Shown here piece after piece: positions 9,251 to 19,912 of a stretch of DNA of 64,000 nucleotides. The notes beneath the pieces are model-generated. The model saw nothing but the letters and a program-made list of their open reading frames with translations, made no database searches and was not told the DNA's origin. Source of the DNA: an uncultured virus (IMG/VR IMGVR_UViG_3300002140_000103) (lineage: Duplodnaviria; Heunggongvirae; Uroviricota; Caudoviricetes); IMG/VR virus record IMGVR_UViG_3300002140_000103; one strand, given 5' to 3'. Positions within the stretch are counted from its first letter, which is position 1, and each line of letters opens with the position of its first letter. A program made the position numbers and the translations under genes.

Positions 9251-10310
9251 ATTGTTGTTTCCTAAGTGTATCACGCAACTGCGTTTGTTTTTTAAATGTA
9301 GCGTTTAGTTTATCGTCGTATTTATTTTCAAGTTCTAAAATGTCTTTTAGATATTCATTTAAGTTTGGATATTTATTATACTTATTTTTTATTTTATCTC
9401 TATATTCGAGACGGTGTACCCACGGATGTAAATGAGTCGGTTCTTCGACAAATATTAGACTTATTTCCATTCCGCGATTTAGAAAATATTCTAGCGTTTC
9501 AGGAATATAAAACACATTATATGCACTTACAGTTACAAAAATCTTTAATTCAATGTCGCGTTCTAATATTAATTTGTTAAATCTATTCTCAAAGTTTTTC
9601 CATTTACCAGGCCAACGAATATATTCGTACAAGTCGCCTATTGCATCACAACTGATATATAATGTTTTCTTTTTAAATCTGTTAAGCACTTCTAACTTAT
9701 CATCACTTATTAATAATGCATTAGTTATAAAAGAAATCTCTATATTTTCTGGGTTATGTAGTGATTTTAAAAATTTCATTATATTAGGATTGGCAAACGG
9801 TTCTCCACCGGTAAATTTTAGATATTTTAAATTTTCTAATTTGCTAATTTTATCAAATGCAATGGTGACCCAGTCTTCATTGTAATGTTGGTTAGCAGTC
9901 CATAGGTCAGTGTCAGTCCATTCTAGTGCATTTTTTAAAACTTCTTGTTTTAATACAGAACTACTATGCGGTTCGCACATTCTGCAACCGAGATTACACA
10001 AATTACCTAATTTTAAATCAATACTTACAAGCTCGTACGGTTGTTTGTACATTTTTAAAGATTGTTCTCTAAGACTTTCAATACCAACGGCTTCTTTTTT
10101 CCAGCATATATTACACTCTTTTGGTTTTTTATTATCCAGTAGTTGTGATTTTATATATGTTATTTTATCTGCCTTGGTTTGCCAACTATCTTGCCAGGAG
10201 ACTGTTTTTTCATTTTGTTCCCACTTGAATTCGCAACACGGACGATAGTATCCATCCGTTGTACTTGCTGCTTGAGTCCAAGGTAGAGGACAAAAGGTTT
10301 TAGATTCCAT
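9237..10310 (-). CDS. Radical SAM protein with N-terminal twitch domain
   Basis: FCPLPW...RPCC...CNIC; CNLGCRMC; TGGEPF. Confidence 0.9.
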   Translation of the reverse strand: MESKTFCPLPWTQAASTTDGYYRPCCEFKWEQNEKTVSWQDSWQTKADKITYIKSQLLDNKKPKECNICWKKEAVGIESLREQSLKMYKQPYELVSIDLKLGNLCNLGCRMCEPHSSSVLKQEVLKNALEWTDTDLWTANQHYNEDWVTIAFDKISKLENLKYLKFTGGEPFANPNIMKFLKSLHNPENIEISFITNALLISDDKLEVLNRFKKKTLYISCDAIGDLYEYIRWPGKWKNFENRFNKLILERDIELKIFVTVSAYNVFYIPETLEYFLNRGMEISLIFVEEPTHLHPWVHRLEYRDKIKNKYNKYPNLNEYLKDILELENKYDDKLNATFKKQTQLRDTLRKQQYVNF

Positions 10311-10746
10311 TTACAATTGTTTCGTAATAGTGCTGTGGCCAACTTTTATAATAATCAGTTGTGTGAAGATACTTGCGTTTTTCTAATATGTCACTTTTAG
10401 ATTGTATAAAAATACAATTAGTAAAGTTCTGGGTAAAGAATCCAGAATCAGGAGAACTTATAAAATATAAAAGATTAGTATCTTTTTTATTATACTCTTC
10501 TATTATTTCTTTACAATTTGCAATATTGATATTTTCTCCTAACCAACAAATTCCAATATCGTATCTATTGCTATCAAACATATTTAAATTGTCGTTGACT
10601 AATACGCTAGCATTAATAAACTGTATTTTATCAGTTAGTCTGGCACGTTTGGCATAAGGACACACAGGAAATCCATCATTCCTTACAGGTTCAATTTCTT
10701 CTTGTATCCACAATACAAACTTTATTTTAAATTCTTCAAATGTCAT
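10300..10746 (-). CDS. Hypothetical protein (DUF1415-like)
   Basis: N-terminal WIQEEIE...VCPYAK resembles the DUF1415 CPF/YA motif; coupled overlaps with both neighbours. Confidence 0.5.
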   Translation of the reverse strand: MTFEEFKIKFVLWIQEEIEPVRNDGFPVCPYAKRARLTDKIQFINASVLVNDNLNMFDSNRYDIGICWLGENINIANCKEIIEEYNKKDTNLLYFISSPDSGFFTQNFTNCIFIQSKSDILEKRKYLHTTDYYKSWPQHYYETIVNGI

Positions 10747-11513
10747 TTATGCTCTTTATAAAATTGTATATTAATTGCGTTCTTCATCCAAGTATAATTA
10801 TCGCCGGTAAGATTGCAACTAGCATGTATTTGGCAAGAATCAAATACAATTAAGGATCTAATTTTTTGCTCAATAATAATTTCTTCACTAAATCCTTTAA
10901 AGTTGTTTTTAGTTATTTGTGGGTACTTAGTTTCAGTCCACTGATTAAGATCTAGGTTGTCGTCTGTTGGAGTTCCGTTTATGTCAATCAATCCGTTGTA
11001 AGATCTTAGAATTTCGTACATCGAACTTTCGTCTCCGGACAAATAATCTTTATCAAATATTACACTGTAACCAATTCGTCTTTGATTCATAAACGCAGTA
11101 CATGCCTGAGAACCTTTTGTTAGAAATAAAGGAATAATAACACTTTTATAAGGTATTAAATTTTCTGTCCATTCATTATTAACTTCTTCATCTTGTGAAA
11201 TTAAATCAACATGAGCGTCATGTAGTTGACTTGTTATAAAATAGTTTCCAGTATGCTGTTCGGCAAAATCGCCTAATAGCTCTCTGAACCTTACAGATAT
11301 CTCGGGCAAATCTTTCATCATTTTAGTTATAGATACCACAGGTTGAATATTAGACGAGCTTGGTTGCATCTTTACTCTTTTAGCGTTCTGAAATTGATAC
11401 AATCTTAAAGTATCAATTTCTTCAATTGTAAAAAAGTTATCAATTGATTGTGCTTTTGAAAAACGATTAACTATATCATTGTTATAGTGTTTGCAGCAAT
11501 CTATATATTTCAT
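10743..11513 (-). CDS. Putative 2OG-Fe(II) oxygenase-fold protein
   Basis: AHVD...SVIIPL...LIVFDSCQIHAS...K pattern. Confidence 0.6.
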   Translation of the reverse strand: MKYIDCCKHYNNDIVNRFSKAQSIDNFFTIEEIDTLRLYQFQNAKRVKMQPSSSNIQPVVSITKMMKDLPEISVRFRELLGDFAEQHTGNYFITSQLHDAHVDLISQDEEVNNEWTENLIPYKSVIIPLFLTKGSQACTAFMNQRRIGYSVIFDKDYLSGDESSMYEILRSYNGLIDINGTPTDDNLDLNQWTETKYPQITKNNFKGFSEEIIIEQKIRSLIVFDSCQIHASCNLTGDNYTWMKNAINIQFYKEHK

Positions 11514-12439
11514 CCTAGCTTTTCTTTCATTTTTTGATAAAACACGCCGTTTCTTGAATCTAATAACGGAGTTCTAATATTAATTCTATTTGTAGTTTTA
11601 TCTCTATGGAACTCGTTCCATTCAAAGTCTCCTTGTGCAACATGTATAGTATGAGATGGGGTCAATCCAAAGTAATCACATACTGTTGCTTGATGTTCTT
11701 TATATATGTTTGCACAATTATCTGGTGAAAATTCTTTCATTAATAGCAATCCTGCAAATATGTTAGTATGTATTCCGTGTCGCCATTCGTACTGTAGTGC
11801 TAACGGACCATGATTCCACTTACTAAAACATATTCCAGATCTCCATTGCCCAGTTTGCAATCCTTTTGTTGTACTAAATGTAACTACCTTGATACAATCA
11901 TGATCTAAAGACCAACTAAGATCGTAACATGTTCCAAACCATGCACAGTCAATTAAAACTGGAATATTTAACTTATTACAAGTTTCCATAATTTCTTCAT
12001 ATAGTGGATGTACTTCGCCTGTACCACTAAATGGTATACTAAGAATAACTGCATCGCCGAATTCTAACGGTCTGTCGTCAATAAAGTCATCCCAATTCCA
12101 TGCATATGCATCTCTATTGTAAGGGTATTCACCTCTTAACATTCTCGGTGTCCAGTTATTTCTTGCACATTCGTAATGGAACCAATCTAAAGTTTGTGTT
12201 GCTCCTAGACTTACATATCGATGCGGAAAAGTTTCTAATCCAGTAATCTTAACAGTTTCTGAAGATTCTATCCATTTAGGATAAAATTCTAAAAATTCAT
12301 CTTGTACATCGTAGTCGCCATTAAACCATCCGTTTTCCTTTATGTAGTTAGATAAAAATTTTGTACATTCGGAAACTTTAGCAGAGTTGCCAGTTTTTCC
12401 TAAATAGTCTCCATACAAGGATTCAAACTTTTTACTCAT
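11510..12439 (-). CDS. PLP-dependent fold-type-I enzyme
   Basis: GEYPY, PFSG, LIDCAW, FSTTKG...RSG; paralog of 2577..3350. Start moved to MSKKF (12439). Confidence 0.75.
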   Translation of the reverse strand: MSKKFESLYGDYLGKTGNSAKVSECTKFLSNYIKENGWFNGDYDVQDEFLEFYPKWIESSETVKITGLETFPHRYVSLGATQTLDWFHYECARNNWTPRMLRGEYPYNRDAYAWNWDDFIDDRPLEFGDAVILSIPFSGTGEVHPLYEEIMETCNKLNIPVLIDCAWFGTCYDLSWSLDHDCIKVVTFSTTKGLQTGQWRSGICFSKWNHGPLALQYEWRHGIHTNIFAGLLLMKEFSPDNCANIYKEHQATVCDYFGLTPSHTIHVAQGDFEWNEFHRDKTTNRINIRTPLLDSRNGVFYQKMKEKLG

Positions 12440-13757
12440 TCCAATATTTCCTATAATTTGGCACAATTTTTAGAAAATCTGTTTTTCTAATCTTGTCTAA
12501 TGCATTCATGTAATTCTTAAACATGTTAAATAAGTATGGCTGGTTCTCTGAATCGCCTTCTTTAATAGTTTTAAGTAAAGTTTTTCTAAACTTGTATATA
12601 CCTGCAGAATATGTATATGTACTCCCATCATAGGGATAAGGCATTTCATCGTCGATATCTTTTATCATATCGTATGCAGTTTGTTTCATTTCTTTAGTTA
12701 ACACTTCGAGACTCAGATATTTTGGTGTTACTACTGTATTTGAAAATGTTATAGTAGCAGTATCTTTGTATTGTTGGAACCAGTTCCATGTTTGTGCAAT
12801 ATTAAATATATTTGGTGCCATTGTTGTATAAGCTATACACAATTCTATGTTATCAAAAGAAATAAAGTACTGAATCATTTTGTCTAAGTGATCTTGGTCA
12901 TAATGTAGGCCGCCTCGACATAGTTGATACAGTTCTCCTATACCTTCAATACTAAGATAGAGTACAATCTTTTTAAATTTTGTAAGAAGTTCAAAAAATT
13001 CAGGATTTATAATTGTTGCATTAGTTGAAATGTCTAAGGTAATACGATCATTCCATCCAAATTCAATTAGCTTTTCTAATATCTTAATATTTTTATCTTC
13101 GTAAAACGGTTCGCCGCCTCTAAATGCAACAAACTGGAGATTTTTAAAATAATCCTTGTTAGAAAATAAGTTTTCTATAACTGCATCATCAATACTATAA
13201 TATCCATAAGGATTTTGTTCATTTCTAAAAACTTCGCTGTGTTTCTTTTTTAACTTTTTTTCATCAGGTATCCACGCAGTGCTTACGTCTCCGTTGCAAT
13301 GAATACATTTTAAATTACATTTATTTGAAGTGTTAATATCTAAATATATAAAGTCTGGTTTATCAAAGTTTTCAACCTTTGGTCTACGAATAGGATTATT
13401 AAGATTAGGATCACCACGTGTATCAGGGTAGTAGTACTTTTCTTCTAATGTATCTTGTGGTATTCTTGTAGTAAAAAATGTTTCAAAAAACTTACGTCTA
13501 CTATGTCCTGCAAACTGTTCTTTTTTAACACAGTTTGAACAACCAATATTATCAGAAAAGTTAATGTGATCTTTTCTTAGGTTAGACCAGACTTCTCCGT
13601 CCCACATTTCGGATAGTGAAGATGTATTAAGATTTCCGAAGTACGGATCTCTAAATATACCGTCTGGCGCTACATTACCAAAACTATCGATGCTTAATGC
13701 CTTCCACGGTGCAATACATAATGGCTTTGGTATAAGACCTTTCCATTTACTATCCAA
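12432..13757 (-). CDS. Radical SAM protein with N-terminal twitch-like domain
   Basis: CIAPW...GNVAPD...FGNL...CSNC; CNLKCIHC; RGGEPF. Confidence 0.88.
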   Translation of the reverse strand: MDSKWKGLIPKPLCIAPWKALSIDSFGNVAPDGIFRDPYFGNLNTSSLSEMWDGEVWSNLRKDHINFSDNIGCSNCVKKEQFAGHSRRKFFETFFTTRIPQDTLEEKYYYPDTRGDPNLNNPIRRPKVENFDKPDFIYLDINTSNKCNLKCIHCNGDVSTAWIPDEKKLKKKHSEVFRNEQNPYGYYSIDDAVIENLFSNKDYFKNLQFVAFRGGEPFYEDKNIKILEKLIEFGWNDRITLDISTNATIINPEFFELLTKFKKIVLYLSIEGIGELYQLCRGGLHYDQDHLDKMIQYFISFDNIELCIAYTTMAPNIFNIAQTWNWFQQYKDTATITFSNTVVTPKYLSLEVLTKEMKQTAYDMIKDIDDEMPYPYDGSTYTYSAGIYKFRKTLLKTIKEGDSENQPYLFNMFKNYMNALDKIRKTDFLKIVPNYRKYWNE

Positions 13758-14823
13758 AGTAATCCTCCTTGGAACCTTCTCTAACTAAGTCTTGGGTTAC
13801 GCAATGTATACCACCGTCCCAGAAGTATTGATGTCTAAATTTCCAATAAATTGGTGTAATGCCGTGGTTTTCCATTCGACGAAATGCGTCTTTATTAGTA
13901 CCAGTACATATTACTGCTTCTTCTGATACACTTAAAACATTTACATCAAATACTGTTTCATCAACACAACCAATCCAATGTGAGAACCATTCTTCTATAA
14001 ACCCTTTATAAAAACGTTGTTTACGTATTGATGTAAATTCTGTAGGAAGTTCTGTTTCGCTATCTACTTCAATAATATCCCAATGTTTTAATTTTTCAGG
14101 GATCCATGATTTCTTCCATGTCATTAATACACCAGGTTTTAACAAGGCAATCTTACCATCGCAATGTCCGCCAACTTCAACTTGGTTAAATGTAAACTCT
14201 TCGCCTAATTCTCGTTTTAACCATTCCAAGCCTGCTGTAGTTCCTCTACCTTTTACTGTATCAACGTCACCCGGCAATGTATGAAACAAGTCCTTACCAC
14301 ATTTGATAATATTTGCAGCATGGAACAGTATTTGACTATTAGCTAGTGCTTCATAAGAAGTTTTTTTGTTTGGAACTTTTGCCATTGGCATTGATAGCCA
14401 ACGCATACCTCTATCATATAGTCCACGACTAATATCTTGATATGCTAAATTTTCAAACATTCTTCCCGAGTCGCCAGTGTAATGCTCAACAATAGTTGAT
14501 CCAAACACCCCTAGCACATCTCTGGGCATAAGTGGGTGATTAGGATATTCACATTGTAACCAAGGTAAGTCAATTGATTCAATTTGAGAAAAGTTAAACA
14601 AATTGTTAGGTCTATGAACTTTAATACCCATTCCAGTTAACAATGTTACTAGGTTGTCAAGGTCTTCGGCAGTTTCTTCAAATACTCGTTTTAACAAATC
14701 ACGGGCTTCTGGATCAGGGATGTTATCAAAGTTGTCAGGGCTAAATGCACTTCCGACAATAACTTCTTTTAAAGGCTGAAATTCTGTATATGTTGCAGGG
14801 CTATTCAATTTATTTCTCTCCAT
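13750..14823 (-). CDS. Amidinotransferase
   Basis: TEFQPLKEVIVG, MPRD, GHCDG, DGGIHCVTQD; paralog of 3343..4368. Confidence 0.88.
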   Translation of the reverse strand: MERNKLNSPATYTEFQPLKEVIVGSAFSPDNFDNIPDPEARDLLKRVFEETAEDLDNLVTLLTGMGIKVHRPNNLFNFSQIESIDLPWLQCEYPNHPLMPRDVLGVFGSTIVEHYTGDSGRMFENLAYQDISRGLYDRGMRWLSMPMAKVPNKKTSYEALANSQILFHAANIIKCGKDLFHTLPGDVDTVKGRGTTAGLEWLKRELGEEFTFNQVEVGGHCDGKIALLKPGVLMTWKKSWIPEKLKHWDIIEVDSETELPTEFTSIRKQRFYKGFIEEWFSHWIGCVDETVFDVNVLSVSEEAVICTGTNKDAFRRMENHGITPIYWKFRHQYFWDGGIHCVTQDLVREGSKEDYFG

Positions 14824-15890
14824 CTGTAACCAAGTACGCTACTGTCTTGTTTTCTGTGCTTGTCTAGTATTTTAAAATAGTTATAAACACTAGTAAGATT
14901 TTCTATATTTCCTGGTTTTTCTACTATGTTTTTAATTTTTCTTGCAGGTTGATAGGTTTCGCATAATTTGTAAAATATGTCTTTAGAATAACTATTGCAA
15001 TGAGACGGATTCATAAACCCGGGCGTAATAGTAGTATTCATTAAATGATCAAGACTTTCTTCTTCGGCCCATCTGCACAAGTTAGGTAACGTATGTAAAT
15101 TATAACACGAAACTGTAGTAAAGCAACTGATTTTTTTAGCTATTGTCTTGATTTCTTTAATATTTTTTTCTATCTTTGACCATTTGCTAGGCCAGCGTAT
15201 ATATTCATTTATCTCTTTATAACCGTCAATACTTAAATCAACATTAACTTTAAAATTTGAAAGTTTCTCTGTTAGTTTTTTTGGCCAATTATTTGCATTA
15301 GTTGTTAAACGTATAGTAGCTTTACTATTGTTTTTTATCAATACGTCAAGAAAGTCAACAAGATAGTTAGAAACTGTTGGTTCTCCTCCAGTAAAACGTA
15401 TTTCGTCTCTGTCGCTCATAAACTCAGCTACTTCGGATAATAATTTAGGATCGTCGTACCAATTGCTGTTGTTGCTGTTGCTGTTGAACAAGGATCTGTT
15501 GTTGATAAACTCGTGATCTGCTGTATTTTTTAATGTTCTAATTTCTAAATCAATTAAACTGCTATTAGTAGGACTACACATCATACATGCAAGATTACAT
15601 AAGTTACCAAACTTTACTTCTGCATCTCTTTTGTTAGAGTACTTGTTTATACCAGTGTAACGTAAACTTTCAACGTTGTTTTCTTCTTCAAATTTACAAT
15701 CAGCACAGCCAGACGGCCATTCGTTATTATCTAACGTATCCTCTATGGTTTTTACCCATGCACTGTTTGTATATTGAGATATATTATCAGTTACATTATA
15801 TGAATTTCCAGTATTTCTCCAACTACAGCAAGGCCTTAAATCACCATTAACGTCCATACTTACATGATTTTTAAGCCAATTGCATTTCAT
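14805..15890 (-). CDS. Radical SAM protein with N-terminal twitch domain
   Basis: KCNW...RPCC...CADC; CNLACMMC; TGGEPT. Confidence 0.9.
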   Translation of the reverse strand: MKCNWLKNHVSMDVNGDLRPCCSWRNTGNSYNVTDNISQYTNSAWVKTIEDTLDNNEWPSGCADCKFEEENNVESLRYTGINKYSNKRDAEVKFGNLCNLACMMCSPTNSSLIDLEIRTLKNTADHEFINNRSLFNSNSNNSNWYDDPKLLSEVAEFMSDRDEIRFTGGEPTVSNYLVDFLDVLIKNNSKATIRLTTNANNWPKKLTEKLSNFKVNVDLSIDGYKEINEYIRWPSKWSKIEKNIKEIKTIAKKISCFTTVSCYNLHTLPNLCRWAEEESLDHLMNTTITPGFMNPSHCNSYSKDIFYKLCETYQPARKIKNIVEKPGNIENLTSVYNYFKILDKHRKQDSSVLGYRWREIN

Positions 15891-17098
15891 TAATACATCT
15901 CCGCTGGTATAATTTTAGTTAAATCTTTTTTTGTAAACTTGTCTAAAGATTTCATTTTAATTAAAAATTCTTTCCAGAATTCATTATTTGATTCTTCTGA
16001 CAATATATGATCAATTATTCGTTTCTTTCCTTCGTTTGATAGTTGCATATTTTTAATCTTATCTATATATAAATCTTTTAAGTTTGCTGGCATATATGCT
16101 AAATTTAGATACTTAGGATATCTAACAAGATCTATGCTTTTTTGATTAAAGTTTTTAGTGTTTATATCGCTTGACATCCAGTTGGATAATTTATCAAAAT
16201 GCCAAGTAGTTAATACATTTAAAACAGTATGTATTCCAAATATTAAGTTAGTATTATACAATAAGTTTAATGAATAATACCATTCTATATTTTTTTCAAT
16301 AGTTTTCCAATTACTAAGTGTTCTAGCATAATCATTAACTTCTCCGTAGCCGTCAATACTAAAAATTATATTAACTGTTCCAATTTTTTTCCAAATTTCA
16401 ATTACTTCCAACGGAGGACGTTTTGTAACGTTAGTATGATATATTATTTCTAAAGATTCTAAATTAGGATGTACTCGTTCGAGCTCTTTTAAAAATCCTA
16501 CATGCTCTACAGACATCATAGGTTCGCCGCCAAGAATTTTTATTAATGTTAATTTTGATAAATCTATTTCTGTAAAATCGTATTGATTCATGCTTATAAC
16601 ATTTGTCTTTGCTTTTCCATTAGCATTAATAGTTTCTCTTGGAACTATATGTTCGTCTCGTATGTTATCTACATAAAAAGTTTTATTATATAGATTTGCC
16701 CAACTAGAACTATCAACTATAGTACACATTCTACAAGCTAGATTGCAAAGATTACTAAAAACAATTTCTAAATACTCTAATTCAAATTTTTCAACATTAA
16801 CTGTATTAGCAAACTGCTTATTAAATAGTTGACGCATACTTTCTTTACCGGCAGCTTCCTCGTTCCAACATTTAATGCATCCGGGAAGTTTTTCTCCATT
16901 TTGCATTTTTTGTTGTAGAAGTTTGATATAGTTTTCGTCTTTAATTGCCTCGTGCGGTGGTTGAAAGATGTTATACTCGTTATTCTCGTCTTTTCCAATA
17001 AAGAATCTGCAACATGGAGTAACAATTGGACCGTCTGGATGAGTGCCTAGTGCAACGTGTTTCCACAATAAAGAACACGCATTTGGATGTAACGTCAA
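15890..17098 (-). CDS. Radical SAM protein with N-terminal twitch domain
   Basis: CSLLW...TPCC...CIKC; CNLACRMC; LGGEPM. TTG start overlapping the upstream stop. Confidence 0.88.
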   Translation of the reverse strand: MTLHPNACSLLWKHVALGTHPDGPIVTPCCRFFIGKDENNEYNIFQPPHEAIKDENYIKLLQQKMQNGEKLPGCIKCWNEEAAGKESMRQLFNKQFANTVNVEKFELEYLEIVFSNLCNLACRMCTIVDSSSWANLYNKTFYVDNIRDEHIVPRETINANGKAKTNVISMNQYDFTEIDLSKLTLIKILGGEPMMSVEHVGFLKELERVHPNLESLEIIYHTNVTKRPPLEVIEIWKKIGTVNIIFSIDGYGEVNDYARTLSNWKTIEKNIEWYYSLNLLYNTNLIFGIHTVLNVLTTWHFDKLSNWMSSDINTKNFNQKSIDLVRYPKYLNLAYMPANLKDLYIDKIKNMQLSNEGKKRIIDHILSEESNNEFWKEFLIKMKSLDKFTKKDLTKIIPAEMY

Positions 17099-18498
17099 TT
17101 AAAAATTCCTTTCATTTCAGGAAATGTTTCAGCAAATGTAATTCCTCTTTGCTTATCGCACAACTCTAGAAATTCCTTCATCTCAGGTAAACGTACACTC
17201 CAGTCTTCTGATTCCATAAACTGTAACATACCCATTAACCTATCTACGCCGTAACTAGCAGCTCTCCATGTTTCAAAATCAACCTTGCCTTTATGCCAGC
17301 TAGGAATTCCTTTTTCCCAATTAGCTTCCCACCACGGTATAAATTCTTCATACTTTTTACGGCATTCTTCTTTAAACCATTTAGGAAGTACTTTGACATT
17401 AAGATGTGGAGGATGGTAAACAAAGTGATAGTTTACCCCGCCTGCGCCAAAAGGCCACATATTAATTTTCTTAAAGCCTTGTTCTAATTTCCATTTAATA
17501 AGATCGGGTATGTAATATATGTTTAGTGCTTGTACTGCACATGCAATTGTGATTTCAGTATTGTTTGGAGTTTGCGTGTCTAGTATATGAAATACTTCTT
17601 CCATACGGTTCCATTTACTAGGATAACGAATGTAATCGTTCATTTGCTCAATGCTGTCTATTGAATAATGGAAACGTACTAATTTAAAATGACTCCATAA
17701 CTCGAATAAATCTTCTCTCCATTCAACACCGTTTGAGTTGTAACGTATTTCTAAGTCTTTTGCATAACCCATCTTAATGGCATATTCAAGTATTTCGTAA
17801 TGTTCTTCAATAATAAGACTTTCACCGCCAGCAAAGTAAATTTGTTGCATACTGGGCATCTGTTCGTAAAATTGTTTCCAAAATGTAGGATTTTGCTTAT
17901 GCCAGTTGTAACTACTGCCGTTGTAACTGCCTTTGTTTTCCCATTGCATTGTTTCTTTAAGAGATTCATTTTTTACAGCAGGAAAGATTGATTTGTAATC
18001 TTTAATCCAACCGCTACTATCATGCGGTGAACACATTACACAAGCTAACTGACACTTTGTGCCAAAACGTAAATCAATGTATGCTAGTTGTGGCGGAACG
18101 CGGCCGTCTTCCTTTGTGTCTGCAAGTATTTTATCAACATCAACACGCTGACTCCAATATTCTGTTTCCCACATACGTTTACTATTATGCCCTGCTGCTT
18201 CTTCTTTATAACATTTTATACAGCTAGGCGGCTTTTCTCCTGCAAGCATTTGCTTACGCACATTCCTCATATATGTGCTGTTCCATGCTGTTTCAAAGTC
18301 GCTAACATTTAAATTGCTAGGTTTACCATCTTCTGTTTTAAGAATACCAACTTGTCCTCCGTGTACTTTATCATTTGTTGCACCAACACTGCTTGCATTA
18401 GCTGTACAACATACACGCATACTACCATCTGGGCGTGTACTTAGATGTACCCAAGGCAATAAGCAAAACGTATCAGATGGCATCTTTTTATCAGTCAT
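17095..18498 (-). CDS. Radical SAM protein with N-terminal twitch domain
   Basis: FCLLPW...RVCC...CIKC; CQLACVMC; AGGES. Likely start is MTDKK (18498) rather than 18618. Confidence 0.9.
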   Translation of the reverse strand: MTDKKMPSDTFCLLPWVHLSTRPDGSMRVCCTANASSVGATNDKVHGGQVGILKTEDGKPSNLNVSDFETAWNSTYMRNVRKQMLAGEKPPSCIKCYKEEAAGHNSKRMWETEYWSQRVDVDKILADTKEDGRVPPQLAYIDLRFGTKCQLACVMCSPHDSSGWIKDYKSIFPAVKNESLKETMQWENKGSYNGSSYNWHKQNPTFWKQFYEQMPSMQQIYFAGGESLIIEEHYEILEYAIKMGYAKDLEIRYNSNGVEWREDLFELWSHFKLVRFHYSIDSIEQMNDYIRYPSKWNRMEEVFHILDTQTPNNTEITIACAVQALNIYYIPDLIKWKLEQGFKKINMWPFGAGGVNYHFVYHPPHLNVKVLPKWFKEECRKKYEEFIPWWEANWEKGIPSWHKGKVDFETWRAASYGVDRLMGMLQFMESEDWSVRLPEMKEFLELCDKQRGITFAETFPEMKGIFN

Positions 18499-18571
18499 TT
18501 GTCGGCCTTCTATCTTTCTTTTCTTTAATTTTTTTCTCTTGTATGCTTGCTTTGTTGCAACTTTAAACAAC

Positions 18572-19891
18572 TTATAATCCATCGTACCAGTAATCGGACA
18601 ATTCTGGAAAATAGTCAAATATATTGTTATTGTTTATTCTATCGCACATATTGAAAAAATTACAAACGTTTTTTGTAAGTTTAGGATTGTTGTAATCTGA
18701 ATTTTTTAAAAAGTTATAACAATTAGTTGCATGATGAAGATAGTCTTCAACAAAATAACGGTCAGTTGAATAATCACCAACATGTGCTATTGTCCATTCG
18801 ATATCAGCTAATGCCTTTAATTTTAAGTCATCAGGTAAATGGATTGACGAAGTAGGATTTTTAAGTACTAAACTTGAATGAAAACCAAGATCGTTCTCTA
18901 TCCAGTCAAACATTATGTCTTTCCATCGCAAGGCAGAAAACATATTAAATGTTACAGTTCCAACTATATATCTTCTACTTTTACCTTTAAAATAATGACT
19001 AAATTTTTTAATATTATCTGTTAGAAGTTCTATGTTACCTTCGGCTCTAAAATAATTATATGTCAAAAAAGATGTATCAATACTTACACGTACTATTAAT
19101 TTATTAAACTTATCCCAGTATTCAAAATATTTTTCGATGTTGTTAATGTTGAAATTTGAATTATAATCAAGATCTTGTTTATATGAAGTTTTAGATGTAT
19201 TAACTAGATAGTCTAGCCATTCTGTATGTTCAGGGGCTAATAATGGCTCGCCACCGGAAAATTGTATTAACTTAGTTGAACTTAAAAGTTCTTTTATATC
19301 TTCTTTATATTTAGATTTACTAGTCAAACCGTTTTTAAAATGATTATTAAAATTGTCAAACGGCACATCAGTGTCACCGTTTTCAATTCCTACTACATGA
19401 TCGTATATGTCAAAGTTTTCTTTGACTGATAGTTTTTCAATCCACTTAGTAGACGAATCAGGCCCGCAGTGCATACATCTTAGATTACATAATAGACTCG
19501 GTCTCATTTCAATACGCACAAAATTTTCAATTTTAGCAGTCAATGGATCTTGTTTAATTCTTGAAATTAATGTATCTTTTTCTTTTTCATCAAGTCTAAG
19601 ATTATAATCTTTAAAAAAATCCATTCTTGGAGATATAGCGTTATGCGATTCAGCATACCAACAAGACTGGCAGTTTTTATGCTGTTTTCCTGTATACAAT
19701 GCATCTCTTATTTCTTTTGCTTTGTCACTATTAAACACATCAATAAATCGTTCTTCTTTCCAGTTACCTATGTTTTGTTGACCGCGATAACATGTTCTAA
19801 CATCGCCTACTTGATCAAGGTCGGTTCCAATATACGGAGCAAAACAAAAGGTTTCAGGATTTAATCCAAGTTTTTTTAATTGTTGTTTCAT
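18572..19891 (-). CDS. Radical SAM protein with N-terminal twitch domain
   Basis: FCFAPY...RTCY...CQSC; CNLRCMHC; SGGEPL. Confidence 0.9.
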   Translation of the reverse strand: MKQQLKKLGLNPETFCFAPYIGTDLDQVGDVRTCYRGQQNIGNWKEERFIDVFNSDKAKEIRDALYTGKQHKNCQSCWYAESHNAISPRMDFFKDYNLRLDEKEKDTLISRIKQDPLTAKIENFVRIEMRPSLLCNLRCMHCGPDSSTKWIEKLSVKENFDIYDHVVGIENGDTDVPFDNFNNHFKNGLTSKSKYKEDIKELLSSTKLIQFSGGEPLLAPEHTEWLDYLVNTSKTSYKQDLDYNSNFNINNIEKYFEYWDKFNKLIVRVSIDTSFLTYNYFRAEGNIELLTDNIKKFSHYFKGKSRRYIVGTVTFNMFSALRWKDIMFDWIENDLGFHSSLVLKNPTSSIHLPDDLKLKALADIEWTIAHVGDYSTDRYFVEDYLHHATNCYNFLKNSDYNNPKLTKNVCNFFNMCDRINNNNIFDYFPELSDYWYDGL

Positions 19892-19898
19892 TATTATG

Positions 19899-19905
19899 TA
19901 TTTAT
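19899..19905 (-). promoter_or_regulatory. Late-type ATAAATA motif
   Basis: ATAAATA 7 nt upstream of the ATG at 19891; no SD. Confidence 0.45.
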
Positions 19906-19912
19906 TGACACT

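Noticed and set aside
18499..18618. Long N-terminal extensions from the ORF track (also at 9274, 12466, 21217, 21783 and 29511)
   Set aside because: They overlap upstream genes; downstream ATGs give typical short coupled overlaps or match the paralogs' N-termini.
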